The notes beneath the pieces were generated by a model. It searched no databases, was not told the origin of the DNA, and worked only from the letters and a program-made list of their open reading frames with translations. Shown piece after piece: positions 21,062 to 29,763 of a stretch of DNA of 64,000 bases. The DNA is from an uncultured Marinilabiliaceae bacterium (GTDB lineage: Bacteria; Bacteroidota; Bacteroidia; Bacteroidales; Marinilabiliaceae): the NCBI GenBank assembly GCA_964635545.1, contig CAZWOA010000003.1, positions 9,229-73,228 on the forward strand, given 5' to 3'. How positions within the stretch are numbered: position 1 is the first letter of the stretch; every line of letters begins with the position of its first letter. The position numbers and the translations under genes are program-made.

Positions 21062-21406
21062 TTATTTCTCCTCTTTTTTAGTTAAACTTCTTCTCTTTTC
21101 GCTGTACTGGGCGGCGTATTTCTCCAACTTGAAGGTCAAGAAACGGATAACGCGCTCGTCACGGCGATAGTTCAACTCCAGCTTCTCAATGAAGCTTGGT
21201 TCTGCTTTGAACTCAACAAGTGTGTAAAAACCTGTCGATTTCTTCTGAATAGGATAAGCAAGCTTACGAAGGCCCCAATTTTCTTCATTGATAATTTCGC
21301 CTCCGTTCTCCAAAATCAGATCTTTGAATTTCTGTACCGCTTCCTTCATCTGAATATCAGATAAAACGGGAGTTAAGATGAAAACGGTTTCATACTGATT
21401 CAACAT
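21062..21406 (-). CDS. rpsF: 30S ribosomal protein S6
   Basis: 114 aa, [13 protein letters not shown]...[11 protein letters not shown]. Confidence 0.97.
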   Translation of the reverse strand: MLNQYETVFILTPVLSDIQMKEAVQKFKDLILENGGEIINEENWGLRKLAYPIQKKSTGFYTLVEFKAEPSFIEKLELNYRRDERVIRFLTFKLEKYAAQYSEKRRSLTKKEEK

Positions 21407-21441
21407 ATTTCCTTAATTTTAAAGGGTTTTTAATCGAGGTG

Positions 21442-21449
21442 CAAATTTA
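21442..21449 (-). promoter_or_regulatory. Putative -7 box (TAAATTTG on the minus strand) for the rpsF-rpsR-rplI operon
   Basis: Perfect TAnnTTTG, 36 nt upstream of the rpsF ATG. A GTTG lies 20 nt further upstream as a possible -33 element. Confidence 0.5.
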
Positions 21450-21518
21450 GATTATTGTTTTGAAATAAACAACAAGTAAGGGAGTTTTCAATGAATTATT
21501 GAAATTTTAAAGAAAAAA

Positions 21519-21578
21519 CAACTCCCACGGATAACGCAGATAACACTAATCTTCTTAACTACCTTAATGGTGAAAAAT
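21519..21578 (-). repeat. Truncated, inverted copy of the mosaic intergenic repeat family seen at 28936-29077
   Basis: The reverse complement reads tttttcaccattaaggtagttaagaagattagtgttatctgcgttatccgtgggag. Compare tttttcaccattaaggtagttaaggagactagcgtaatctcgttactc...cctgcgggag at 28936. Confidence 0.6.
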
Positions 21579-21681
21579 ATATTTACAAATAAAAGCCAAC
21601 GATTCCAAGTCTATAGACGATGGAAGGTTGGCTTAATAACTTTCGTAACTCTAAACTATCACGAGTTAAAAGTTGGCTGTA

Positions 21682-22671
21682 TCAACGATGTCCCGAGAAG
21701 TGTTTCATGAACTGCACACGCTCAAAAACGTCGCTCTTATCATCCTTTTGGCGGGCCATGCATCCTTTAAAATCATTTAGCGAATTGTAGCCTTTAGATG
21801 CCATCCACTTCTCCATTTCTGAAAGCATGGTTGCGGCATATTCAGCACCGTTTTTATATAAAGCCGATGTTACCTGCACGCATGATGCGCCGGCCATCAA
21901 CATTTTTATAGCAGTTTCGGCACTATGCACACCCGATGATGCCGTTAGCGGGCACTCTACCTGCGATGATAAAATTGAAGTCCAGCGAAGTGTATTAGAG
22001 AAATCATTTTCCGACGAATATACCGACCCAGATGTGAATTTACGGCTGTCGATATCGAAATCGAAACCTGCAAAACGGTTAAACATAACAATTCCCTTCA
22101 CACCAGTGGCCGACAGACGGCTGAAGAATGATGCTCCGGCAGCAAAATAAGGTGATACCTTTACCGCTACAGGAAGTGAGGTATGTTTTAGCACATTCTT
22201 AATGATATCGATATGCAAATCCTCAACTTTTGAGGCTGTAAGAGTTGGATTGCTACCCAGCATCATAATATTTAGTTCGATACCGTCGGCACCCGCCTGC
22301 TCTATTTTATGGGCATAAGAGGCCCACTCGCCATTGGTGGTGCAATTGATACTTGCAATTACAGGTATGTCAACCTGCGCTTTAGCATCGCGAATGAGCG
22401 CCGCATAGCGGTTAAGCACATCATGCTTTATTTCATAATCAAAATAATCGAAAAATTCGGCATTTCCTTTCATGTCGCTCATTTGAGCCTCCTGAATAAG
22501 TGCCGACTCCCTGATTATCTCCTCTTCAAACAACGACTTAAGCACCACAGCACCAACACCTGCATCAGCAAGTTTTTTTATTGATGCCGCATTTCCGGTT
22601 AATCCGGAGCTGCCCGCCACAATGGGATTCTTAATCTGAATGCCCATAAAAGTAGTATGTAGATTAATCAT
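21682..22671 (-). CDS. Dihydroorotate dehydrogenase-like TIM-barrel flavoprotein (non-canonical, function unknown)
   Basis: 329 aa, class-1 DHOD-like fold (IKNPIVAGSSG, GIELNI, PVAVKVSP). The canonical LN(L/I)SCPN catalytic-Cys loop reads ELNIMMLGSNP. Confidence 0.8.
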   Translation of the reverse strand: MINLHTTFMGIQIKNPIVAGSSGLTGNAASIKKLADAGVGAVVLKSLFEEEIIRESALIQEAQMSDMKGNAEFFDYFDYEIKHDVLNRYAALIRDAKAQVDIPVIASINCTTNGEWASYAHKIEQAGADGIELNIMMLGSNPTLTASKVEDLHIDIIKNVLKHTSLPVAVKVSPYFAAGASFFSRLSATGVKGIVMFNRFAGFDFDIDSRKFTSGSVYSSENDFSNTLRWTSILSSQVECPLTASSGVHSAETAIKMLMAGASCVQVTSALYKNGAEYAATMLSEMEKWMASKGYNSLNDFKGCMARQKDDKSDVFERVQFMKHFSGHR

Positions 22672-22706
22672 AACAATCGTTTTTACTTAATTTACAGTGT
22701 TACAAA

Positions 22707-24191
22707 TTATTGTGCATCACCGGTAGCAATCCACTTGTGCATCGATGCGGCAGCCTTACGTCCGTCGCCCATAGCCAATATAACAGTTGCTCCTCCCCTC
22801 ACAATATCGCCTCCCGCAAAAATATCGGGAATTGAGCTTTGCAGGGTATCCTGATTAACCACAAGAGTTCCCCAACGGGTAGTGTTAAGTTCGGGTAGCG
22901 AACTGGGGATCAAAGGATTGGGCGACACACCCACACTCACAATTACAGTATCAACATCAATGATAGTCTCCGATCCTTCAATAACCACCGGGCTGCGACG
23001 GCCGCTGGCATCGGGCTCGCCGAGTTCCATTTTCTGAATTACCATCTGCTTAACGCATCCCTTTTCATCGGCAATATACTCTATGGGGTTGCTAAGCATC
23101 ATAAACTCAACCCCCTCTTCCTGGGCGTGTTTAATCTCCTCTACACGTGCAGGCATCTCCTCCAGCGAACGGCGGTAAATAATCATTGCACGGTCGGCAC
23201 CCAGTCGTTTAGCTGTTCTCACCGAGTCCATGGCAGTATTTCCACCACCAATAACGGCCACATTTTTACCTTTCAACACAGGCGTATCATAACTTCCATC
23301 GGCGGCCTTCATCAGGTTCACGCGGGTAAGATATTCATTGGAACTGAGGATACCGATGCTATTTTCGCCCGGAATATTCATAAAACGAGGTAATCCGGCA
23401 CCACTTCCCACAAAGAAGCCTTTGAAGCCCTCCTCGCGCAAATCCTCCACTGTTGCTGTACGTCCCACAATGAAGTTAGTCTCAAACTTAACACCCATTT
23501 TTTGCAGCACGTCAATCTCCACATCCACTATTTCGTTGGGAAGACGGAATTCGGGGATACCATATTTAAGTACACCTCCAATTTCGTGAAGAGCCTCAAA
23601 CACAGTAACATCATAGCCCAACTTGGCCATCTCACCGGCAAAAGTAAGACCGGCAGGTCCCGAACCTATGGCAGCCACCTTAGTTCCGTTGGCCGGAGCT
23701 ATCTCGGGCACCGACATCTGACCCGATTCGCGCTCATAATCGGCAGCGAAACGCTCCAGATAGCCAATGGCAACCGGTGTAGCATTCATTTTAACGGTAT
23801 AAAAGCAGTTTGCCTCACACTGTTTCTCCTGTGGGCACACACGTCCGCACACGGCTGGCAGTGAGCTGGTTTCCTTCAAAGTGCGTGCAGCATCAAGGAA
23901 ATCGCCCTTTTCTATATATTTAATGAACTTAGGTATATTAATCTCAACCGGACAGCCTGTTATGCAAGTGGGTGTTGGGCAGTCGATACAACGGCGCGCC
24001 TCATCCATAGCCTCTTGGATAGACAATCCGCAGTTTACCTCTACATTCGATTTTATCCTTACCTGTGGGTTCTCCTCCTTCATATGAACCCTTGTGAGCG
24101 AAGTGCGCTCTTTATTTTTCATGCTGTCGCGCAACTCCTTGCGCCATGTCTCGTCGCGCAATGATTTGAGTAAATTACTATCTACAGCCAT
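22707..24191 (-). CDS. GltD-like NADPH-dependent FAD/Fe-S oxidoreductase (homotetrameric-type glutamate synthase small chain / NfnB / SudA-like)
   Basis: 494 aa. It has the Cys cluster CIDCPTPTCITGCPV...CGRVCPQEKQCEANC and dinucleotide folds GSGPAGL and VIGGGNTAMD. Confidence 0.88.
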   Translation of the reverse strand: MAVDSNLLKSLRDETWRKELRDSMKNKERTSLTRVHMKEENPQVRIKSNVEVNCGLSIQEAMDEARRCIDCPTPTCITGCPVEINIPKFIKYIEKGDFLDAARTLKETSSLPAVCGRVCPQEKQCEANCFYTVKMNATPVAIGYLERFAADYERESGQMSVPEIAPANGTKVAAIGSGPAGLTFAGEMAKLGYDVTVFEALHEIGGVLKYGIPEFRLPNEIVDVEIDVLQKMGVKFETNFIVGRTATVEDLREEGFKGFFVGSGAGLPRFMNIPGENSIGILSSNEYLTRVNLMKAADGSYDTPVLKGKNVAVIGGGNTAMDSVRTAKRLGADRAMIIYRRSLEEMPARVEEIKHAQEEGVEFMMLSNPIEYIADEKGCVKQMVIQKMELGEPDASGRRSPVVIEGSETIIDVDTVIVSVGVSPNPLIPSSLPELNTTRWGTLVVNQDTLQSSIPDIFAGGDIVRGGATVILAMGDGRKAAASMHKWIATGDAQ

Positions 24192-24194
24192 ATT

Positions 24195-25025
24195 TTAATT
24201 CTCCTTATTTTTCAGATAATCTTCCTCTGCCCTCTTCTCAAGCTCTTTATAACCGCCCAATCGAAGCAGCATCTCATCAAAATCAACCTGATGGGCATCA
24301 AACTCAGGACCATCCACACACACAAATTTAGTTTTGCCACCAACAGTAACGCGGCATGCACCACACATACCGGTTCCGTCAACCATAATGGTATTAAGGC
24401 TGGCGATGGTGCGTATATTGTGCTTCCTAGTAGTTAGGGCTGCAAACTTCATCATGATGGCAGGGCCTATAACAACCGACAAATCAACCTTTTCGCGGGC
24501 AATTACCTGCTCCATACCTTCTGTTATAAGTCCTTTGGTACCGTAAGAGCCATCGTCGGTCATAATAATCAGTTCGTCCGACCATTTACGTATCTGGTCT
24601 TCAAGAATAATAAGGTCTTTATTACGTGCTGCAATCACTGTAACTACCCTGTTTCCGGCCTTTTTAAAAGCCTCAACTATAGGAAGCAACGGAGCCACAC
24701 CCACACCACCACCACAAGCAAGTATAGTTCCTGCTTTTTCTACGTGAGTGGCCTGCCCCAGTGGCCCCACCATATCGGTAACAAAATCGCCCTCATTGAG
24801 TTCGGCAAGTTTGCGAGATGTAACGCCCACCTTCTGTATTACCAGGGTAATGGTGCCCTTATCGGTATCGGCGCTTGAAATTGTTAGCGGTATTCGTTCA
24901 CCTTCGCCACCCACACGCACCATCACAAAGTGACCCGCCTTGCGCGACTTGGCAATCCGTGGAGCTTTTATCTCAAGCTTTACCACGTTTTCAGAAAAAA
25001 ATTCTTTGCTGACTACCTGATTCAT
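24195..25025 (-). CDS. PyrK/SudB/NfnA-like FAD/NAD(P)-binding ferredoxin-reductase subunit with a C-terminal 2Fe-2S site
   Basis: 276 aa with GHFVMVRV and GGGVGVAP, and the C-terminal Cys cluster GMCGACRV...FVCVDGPEF. It lies 3 nt upstream of the GltD-like gene. Confidence 0.88.
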   Translation of the reverse strand: MNQVVSKEFFSENVVKLEIKAPRIAKSRKAGHFVMVRVGGEGERIPLTISSADTDKGTITLVIQKVGVTSRKLAELNEGDFVTDMVGPLGQATHVEKAGTILACGGGVGVAPLLPIVEAFKKAGNRVVTVIAARNKDLIILEDQIRKWSDELIIMTDDGSYGTKGLITEGMEQVIAREKVDLSVVIGPAIMMKFAALTTRKHNIRTIASLNTIMVDGTGMCGACRVTVGGKTKFVCVDGPEFDAHQVDFDEMLLRLGGYKELEKRAEEDYLKNKEN

Positions 25026-25373
25026 CTATAATGTATGTTTTACTATGAATTACAACTTTAGAAAGCAAAAATTGCAAAAAAAACGATAAGATACACTTAT
25101 TCTCTCACTTTAAATTGCAATTTACAACGAGTCTAAACAAGCATATTGAAAGTAAAAAGCATTTTTTAACATCATTATAAAAGATATACTGCAAAAATAC
25201 CAGCAAATTAACACTTTCAAACATATAAAGATATGGAAAGACAATAGTGACGAAAAAAAAATAAAGAGACGCATCATTCTAAAAAGTGATTACTCATAAT
25301 TTGGAATCATTTAATAAAATGGTTAACTAATAGAGTATGATTACAAAAAAATGAGTATTTTAAACTCCGAATA

Positions 25374-25405
25374 ATGATGCATTATTTATTTGGATAATGC
25401 GTCAT
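25374..25405 (+). promoter_or_regulatory. 12-bp-stem hairpin/palindrome in the region upstream of the SUI1/YciH gene
   Basis: atgatgcattat (25374-25385) pairs with ataatgcgtcat (25394-25405) with one G-U pair and loop ttatttgg. No T-run follows, so it is not a terminator. Confidence 0.4.
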
Positions 25406-25439
25406 AAACATATGCCAACAGGCTTTAAACAAAGTGATT

Positions 25440-25444
25440 AGGAG
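25440..25444 (+). promoter_or_regulatory. Shine-Dalgarno-like AGGAG upstream of the SUI1/YciH gene
   Basis: AGGAG lies 8 nt before the ATG at 25453. Confidence 0.4.
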
Positions 25445-25452
25445 ATTTTATA

Positions 25453-25806
25453 ATGAAAAAGCAGAATTGGAAAAACCGAGACGGTATAGTATATTCAACC
25501 GGAAGTAATTTTAATTATCAATATGGTGATGATGAAGCTTCAAGCGACACATTACCGGCTGAGTCACAGAATCTTAGAGTAGCACTCGATAAAAAACAAC
25601 GTGCCGGCAAATCGGTTACTCTTATCACCGGTTTTGTGGGCGATGATGATGACCTAAAAGAGCTTGGCAAAGTGCTTAAAACAAAATGTGGCGTGGGAGG
25701 CTCGGTTAAAGATGGCGAAATATTGATACAGGGTGATTTTAGAGATAAAGTGGTAGAATTACTGATTACAATGGGCTATAAAAAGACTAAAAAAACTGGA
25801 GGCTAA
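25453..25806 (+). CDS. yciH: SUI1/eIF1-family translation initiation factor-like protein (YciH)
   Basis: 117 aa, [21 protein letters not shown]...[30 protein letters not shown]. Confidence 0.9.
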   Translation: MKKQNWKNRDGIVYSTGSNFNYQYGDDEASSDTLPAESQNLRVALDKKQRAGKSVTLITGFVGDDDDLKELGKVLKTKCGVGGSVKDGEILIQGDFRDKVVELLITMGYKKTKKTGG

Positions 25807-25854
25807 CCCTTTAATTATCAATAACAACCTGAATTACAACCAAAAACCTTAATA

Positions 25855-26892
25855 ATGACATTTATTTTTGGGCACTTATTACTACCATACATAATTGCCA
25901 TATTTTTCGCTATCAACATGGGTGGTAGCGGTACGGCTCCCAGCTTTTCGGCTGCCTATGGAGCCAACATCATCAAGCGGAGCCTTATACCGGGTCTGTT
26001 TGGAATAATGGTGTTCCTTGGTGCTATCACAGCCGGAAGAAATACAGCAGTTACCATTGGAAAGGAGCTTCTAAACCCGGAGCTGGTGGACTACATAATA
26101 GTAAGCATAATTCTATTTAGTGTAAGTATCTCTCTGCTGGTTGCCAACCTATTCGGCATTCCTCAGAGCACCAGCCAATCAACAGTGCTTGCAGTGACCG
26201 CACCTGCCATCTACTTCAACGTAATGAACTGGAATAAATTGATGTATGAGATAATTCCCACATGGTTTATTCTGCCCGTCATATCTTTTATTATATGTCT
26301 GCTGATAGGCAAATATATCTACAATCCCATACGCAAACGTGGTTATTTTATGAATCCGCGCATAAGCAACCATCCTGCACTTAAAACATTAATAATTATG
26401 GCTTCACTATATGTTGCATACTCCATTGGAGCCAATAATGTAGCCAATGCATCGGGTCCCATTGCATCGCTCACAATCAATGAGTTAGGACTACCCGGCG
26501 ATGAGACAAATTTCACTGAGATAATGATATTATGCACCCTTATTATAGCACCTAACTTCGGATTGGGAAGTTCATTCTTCGGTCATAAACTGGTGCGTAA
26601 CACAGGAAAAGAGATAATACTATTTGGTAAAATAGAAGCTGTAATCATTGCGTTGGTAACTGGCACACTTCTCCTTTCGGCTTCACTATTTAAAGGCATC
26701 CCTACATCGCTGGTACAACTAAACGTGGGAGCTATATTGGGAATTGGAGTTGCCAAACTTGGAGCTAAAAATATTTTTAAGAAGACACAAGTCAATAAGT
26801 TTTTTGTAATGTGGATAATTGCACCTGCAATCGCTTTTTTTGTAGCATTAATTTTAATTATTATTGCCGATAAAGGAGGTCTGTTAAGTTGA
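25855..26892 (+). CDS. PiT-family inorganic phosphate/anion transporter
   Basis: 345 aa polytopic membrane protein. It has the duplicated motif pair NMGGSGTAPSF and IGANNVANASGPI (GANDVAN-like). Confidence 0.75.
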   Translation: MTFIFGHLLLPYIIAIFFAINMGGSGTAPSFSAAYGANIIKRSLIPGLFGIMVFLGAITAGRNTAVTIGKELLNPELVDYIIVSIILFSVSISLLVANLFGIPQSTSQSTVLAVTAPAIYFNVMNWNKLMYEIIPTWFILPVISFIICLLIGKYIYNPIRKRGYFMNPRISNHPALKTLIIMASLYVAYSIGANNVANASGPIASLTINELGLPGDETNFTEIMILCTLIIAPNFGLGSSFFGHKLVRNTGKEIILFGKIEAVIIALVTGTLLLSASLFKGIPTSLVQLNVGAILGIGVAKLGAKNIFKKTQVNKFFVMWIIAPAIAFFVALILIIIADKGGLLS

Positions 26893-26894
26893 TT

Positions 26895-27413
26895 ATGAAT
26901 AAAATAGAACTACAGAAACATATTGAAGAGCCATGGGGTAGCACCGACTTTAAAAAATTTGGAGCGCAACTGGCATTGCAAGAAGGGCATGTATCTATTT
27001 TGCTGGAACTTACACAATCCGACAATAAAAAAATTGCTTGGCGTTCGGCCTATCTAATCGACATAATAAACCAAACCAACAACAACCTCTTAAACAATCA
27101 CATAGAGACAATTTGCAACCGAATATCAACCGAAAAAGAACAGGGAGTGCTACGCCACTTTACCCGTATATTGATGACCCGCAATGCAAGCGACTATGCC
27201 GACGGACTGCTTATAGACTCGTGTATCAACCATTTGATGGAACGGAAAACGGCCATTGCAGTTAAAGCAAACATACTCAGCATAATGCAACAACTACTGG
27301 AAACATATCCCGAACTGAAAAATGAGATGGATAGTGTTTTTGAAGTCGTTAAGCAAGACTCATCACCCGGCATACGAAGCCGTTTTAGAAAAATAATCGG
27401 AACAGACGAATAA
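26895..27413 (+). CDS. Hypothetical all-alpha (HEAT/ARM-like) protein, translationally coupled to the PiT gene
   Basis: The track ORF opens at a TTG at 26889, overlapping the PiT stop (TGA 26890-26892). The ATG at 26895 gives MNKIELQKH. No recognisable catalytic motif. Confidence 0.65.
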   Translation: MNKIELQKHIEEPWGSTDFKKFGAQLALQEGHVSILLELTQSDNKKIAWRSAYLIDIINQTNNNLLNNHIETICNRISTEKEQGVLRHFTRILMTRNASDYADGLLIDSCINHLMERKTAIAVKANILSIMQQLLETYPELKNEMDSVFEVVKQDSSPGIRSRFRKIIGTDE

Positions 27414-27434
27414 TCAATTTAAACCCCTAAAACC

Positions 27435-28844
27435 ATGAAACTTAAACTATTTCTACCATTTTTCCTATTTCTACCGCTACTATTTGTAGCATGTGAAGAT
27501 AATGACGATGTTAAAACTATTGAAACAGTTGAAATAGATAAAACAACGCTGAAAGTCAACAATTTTATATGGGATGTTATGGACGAAGTGTATCTATGGC
27601 AAGAAAAAATGCCGCGCGACATCAACATTAACACAGAGACCGACTCCAAAGCATATTTTAAAAAACTGCTCTACACCACCGACGACAAATGGTCGTTCAT
27701 AACCGATGATGTGGAGGGACTGCTGGGAAGCTTTGATGGCCACGAAAAAACTTTTGGATATAGTTTGATTGCTGGAAAATTCTCAAACACCGACAACTAT
27801 TTTTTTATTGTTGAGTATGTTGAAAACTCATCACCTGCAAGTGAAGCAGGCATGAAGCGAGGCGATATAATCATTAAAATAAATGGACAAAGTATAACTT
27901 TAGATAATTACTCCGAAATTATTTACGGAAATACAATCACCATTACTAAAGGAGTTTTGGTTGACAATAGCATTGCAGAAGGCGGTAATGTTACACTTAC
28001 ATCGCGCGAGATGGATATCAACCCCATTCTAATATCTAAAGTAATACTAAACGAAGGAAAAAAGATAGGCTATATTGTTTACAATCAATTCATTGAAGAT
28101 TACAACTCACATCTTGATGAAGTATTTCAATTTTTTAAGGATGAAGATGTTAGTGATGTAATTCTTGACCTGCGATTCAATTCTGGTGGATATGTAACCG
28201 CAGCAATACACCTTTGTAGTATTATTGCTCCGTACAATGTGGTATCTAATTCTCAAGTTCTTATAAAAAAACAATGGAATAAACTTTATCAGAATTATTG
28301 GACTAGCAAAAATATAATGGAACAGCTACAATCAACGTTTAATCCGGAAGTAACTGTAAACATGAATCTTAGCAATATTTACATACTTACATCAAGTGGC
28401 ACTGCTTCGGCTTCGGAGCTCACCATAAGTGGCCTGGAACCATATATGAATGTAACAACTATTGGTGAGGCCACAAGCGGTAAATATACTGCTTCATCAA
28501 CATTTCAGCCTGTAATAAATAATGATGGAGACCTAGACCAGGAGATTAAAAATTGGGCTATTCAGCCTATCATTTTCAAATATTCAAATGCTGTGGGCAA
28601 AACAGATTTTAAAGATGGATTACCTGCAACACATGAAGTGGAAGAGATATTACTTGACACCTACGTACCACAACTTGGAGATGAGGATGAACCGCTTCTT
28701 GCCAAAGCCGTTGAACTTATTACAGGGAAAAAGACAAAATCGACCCGCATAAGTGCAGAGCCTGAGTGGGAACGCAGCATGAGGGTAAAATCTAAATACG
28801 ACAAACAAAAACAGACATTACTGATACCCAATCCATTAAATTGA
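27435..28844 (+). CDS. S41-family (C-terminal processing/tail-specific type) peptidase lipoprotein with a PDZ domain
   Basis: 469 aa. It has lipobox LLFVAC, PDZ GMKRGDIIIKINGQSI, and S41 motifs DLRFNSGGYV and TSSGTASASE. Confidence 0.85.
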   Translation: MKLKLFLPFFLFLPLLFVACEDNDDVKTIETVEIDKTTLKVNNFIWDVMDEVYLWQEKMPRDININTETDSKAYFKKLLYTTDDKWSFITDDVEGLLGSFDGHEKTFGYSLIAGKFSNTDNYFFIVEYVENSSPASEAGMKRGDIIIKINGQSITLDNYSEIIYGNTITITKGVLVDNSIAEGGNVTLTSREMDINPILISKVILNEGKKIGYIVYNQFIEDYNSHLDEVFQFFKDEDVSDVILDLRFNSGGYVTAAIHLCSIIAPYNVVSNSQVLIKKQWNKLYQNYWTSKNIMEQLQSTFNPEVTVNMNLSNIYILTSSGTASASELTISGLEPYMNVTTIGEATSGKYTASSTFQPVINNDGDLDQEIKNWAIQPIIFKYSNAVGKTDFKDGLPATHEVEEILLDTYVPQLGDEDEPLLAKAVELITGKKTKSTRISAEPEWERSMRVKSKYDKQKQTLLIPNPLN

Positions 28845-28865
28845 CAAAGAGAGTTCTGAAGTCAA

Positions 28866-28903
28866 GTCAACCTTCCATCGTCAGCAGACATGGAAGGGTT
28901 GAC
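28866..28903 (+). terminator. Strong hairpin downstream of the S41 peptidase gene (no T-run)
   Basis: gtcaaccttccat pairs with atggaagggttgac, a 13-bp stem with one bulge and an 11-nt loop. The gatggaaggttg word recurs at 21617-21632. Confidence 0.35.
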
Positions 28904-28951
28904 AAATAGTAAGTCACCCTGTCGTTTGGTTGTTTTTCACCATTAAGGTAG

Positions 28952-29077
28952 TTAAGGAGACTAGCGTAATCTCGTTACTCTATCGATGCGGTACAACTCC
29001 TGCGGGAGCTATTATAAATCCCGGGCATCGGCTCAGAGAGCCATACCATGAATACCGTGGGTTTCAACCCACGGTAT
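28952..29077 (+). repeat. Direct repeat copy A (126 bp) flanking the toxin-antitoxin cassette
   Basis: It differs from copy B (29764-29890) at 6 positions and shares a 73-nt perfectly identical run (tagcgtaatc...cggctc). It contains small GC hairpins ctcc-tgcg-ggag and ccgtggg-tttcaa-cccacgg. Confidence 0.92.
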
Positions 29078-29366
29078 TCTTACGCTTAGGATTTTGCCTA
29101 TTATCAAAAAAATTAAGAATGATAATCTTATCCTCTCTCACCTTATAAAAAACTGTCAACTGCTTAACAATAACAAATCCTCGGATTTTTCTTTCCACAT
29201 GCTCCACACTGCCAATTTCCGGTATTTCAGAAAGTATACTCAGAAAATCATAAACTCTTTTCACAAAAGCTCTCGTGGCCGTTTCACCCCACTCCTCTTC
29301 TAAATATAATAATACTGAATCAAATTTTTTACTGGCTCTTTTCGTCCAAAATATATCTAAAGCCAT
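29064..29366 (-). CDS. Type II toxin, RelE/ParE superfamily (plasmid-stabilisation-type)
   Basis: 100 aa, FWTKRASKKFDSVLLYLEEEWGETATRAFVKRVYDFLSILSEIPEIG...IRGFVIVKQLTVFYKVREDKIIILNFFDNRQNP. It overlaps the upstream small gene by 10 nt. Confidence 0.85.
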   Translation of the reverse strand: MALDIFWTKRASKKFDSVLLYLEEEWGETATRAFVKRVYDFLSILSEIPEIGSVEHVERKIRGFVIVKQLTVFYKVREDKIIILNFFDNRQNPKRKNTVG

Positions 29367-29599
29367 CTTTTATGCTTTTTAAGCATTTCTGAGTGTGAAA
29401 TTAAATTATCCGGATGCGAAGACTCAATATCACTGCGAATAAGTTCCTCCTGCTCATCTTTAGATAACCCATCCCAAAGATTTCCACCTGCTTTGGAGTA
29501 TGCAAAATTCATGATTTCATAAAACTTAGACAACATATAGTCATCTTTCATATTATCAATCAGATGATGGAAGTTATTGCGTAATTCGGCAGAGTTCAT
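29357..29599 (-). CDS. Putative antitoxin (small acidic addiction-module component)
   Basis: 80 aa. It lies immediately upstream of and overlaps the ParE/RelE-like toxin gene, in classic type II TA order. Confidence 0.7.
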   Translation of the reverse strand: MNSAELRNNFHHLIDNMKDDYMLSKFYEIMNFAYSKAGGNLWDGLSKDEQEELIRSDIESSHPDNLISHSEMLKKHKRWL

Positions 29600-29609
29600 T
29601 TTTTTATTT

Positions 29610-29617
29610 CAAATATA
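29610..29617 (-). promoter_or_regulatory. Putative -7 box (TATATTTG on the minus strand) for the TA operon
   Basis: Perfect TAnnTTTG ending 11 nt upstream of the antitoxin ATG, implying a very short leader. Confidence 0.5.
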
Positions 29618-29763
29618 AGTCATTTTGTTTTTTATAGCAAGATGCAATACAGTCTAATAAAAATCAGCGTGTATTATTACTCGTTTTAACGAGAATCAAA
29701 GTATTGAAAGTCAGGTATTAAGCCACAGGGGCGATGGGAGGTATTGCTAAACTATTAAAGAAA

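Noticed and set aside
28930-29148. 72-aa plus-strand ORF
   Set aside because: It lies across repeat copy A and is antisense to the toxin 3' end. It has no start context. It is spurious.
29680-29693. ctcgtt-tt-aacgag palindrome as the TA operator
   Set aside because: It has perfect 6-bp arms but lies about 85 nt upstream of the antitoxin ATG, well beyond the putative -7 box. It is too short and too distant to call without binding data.
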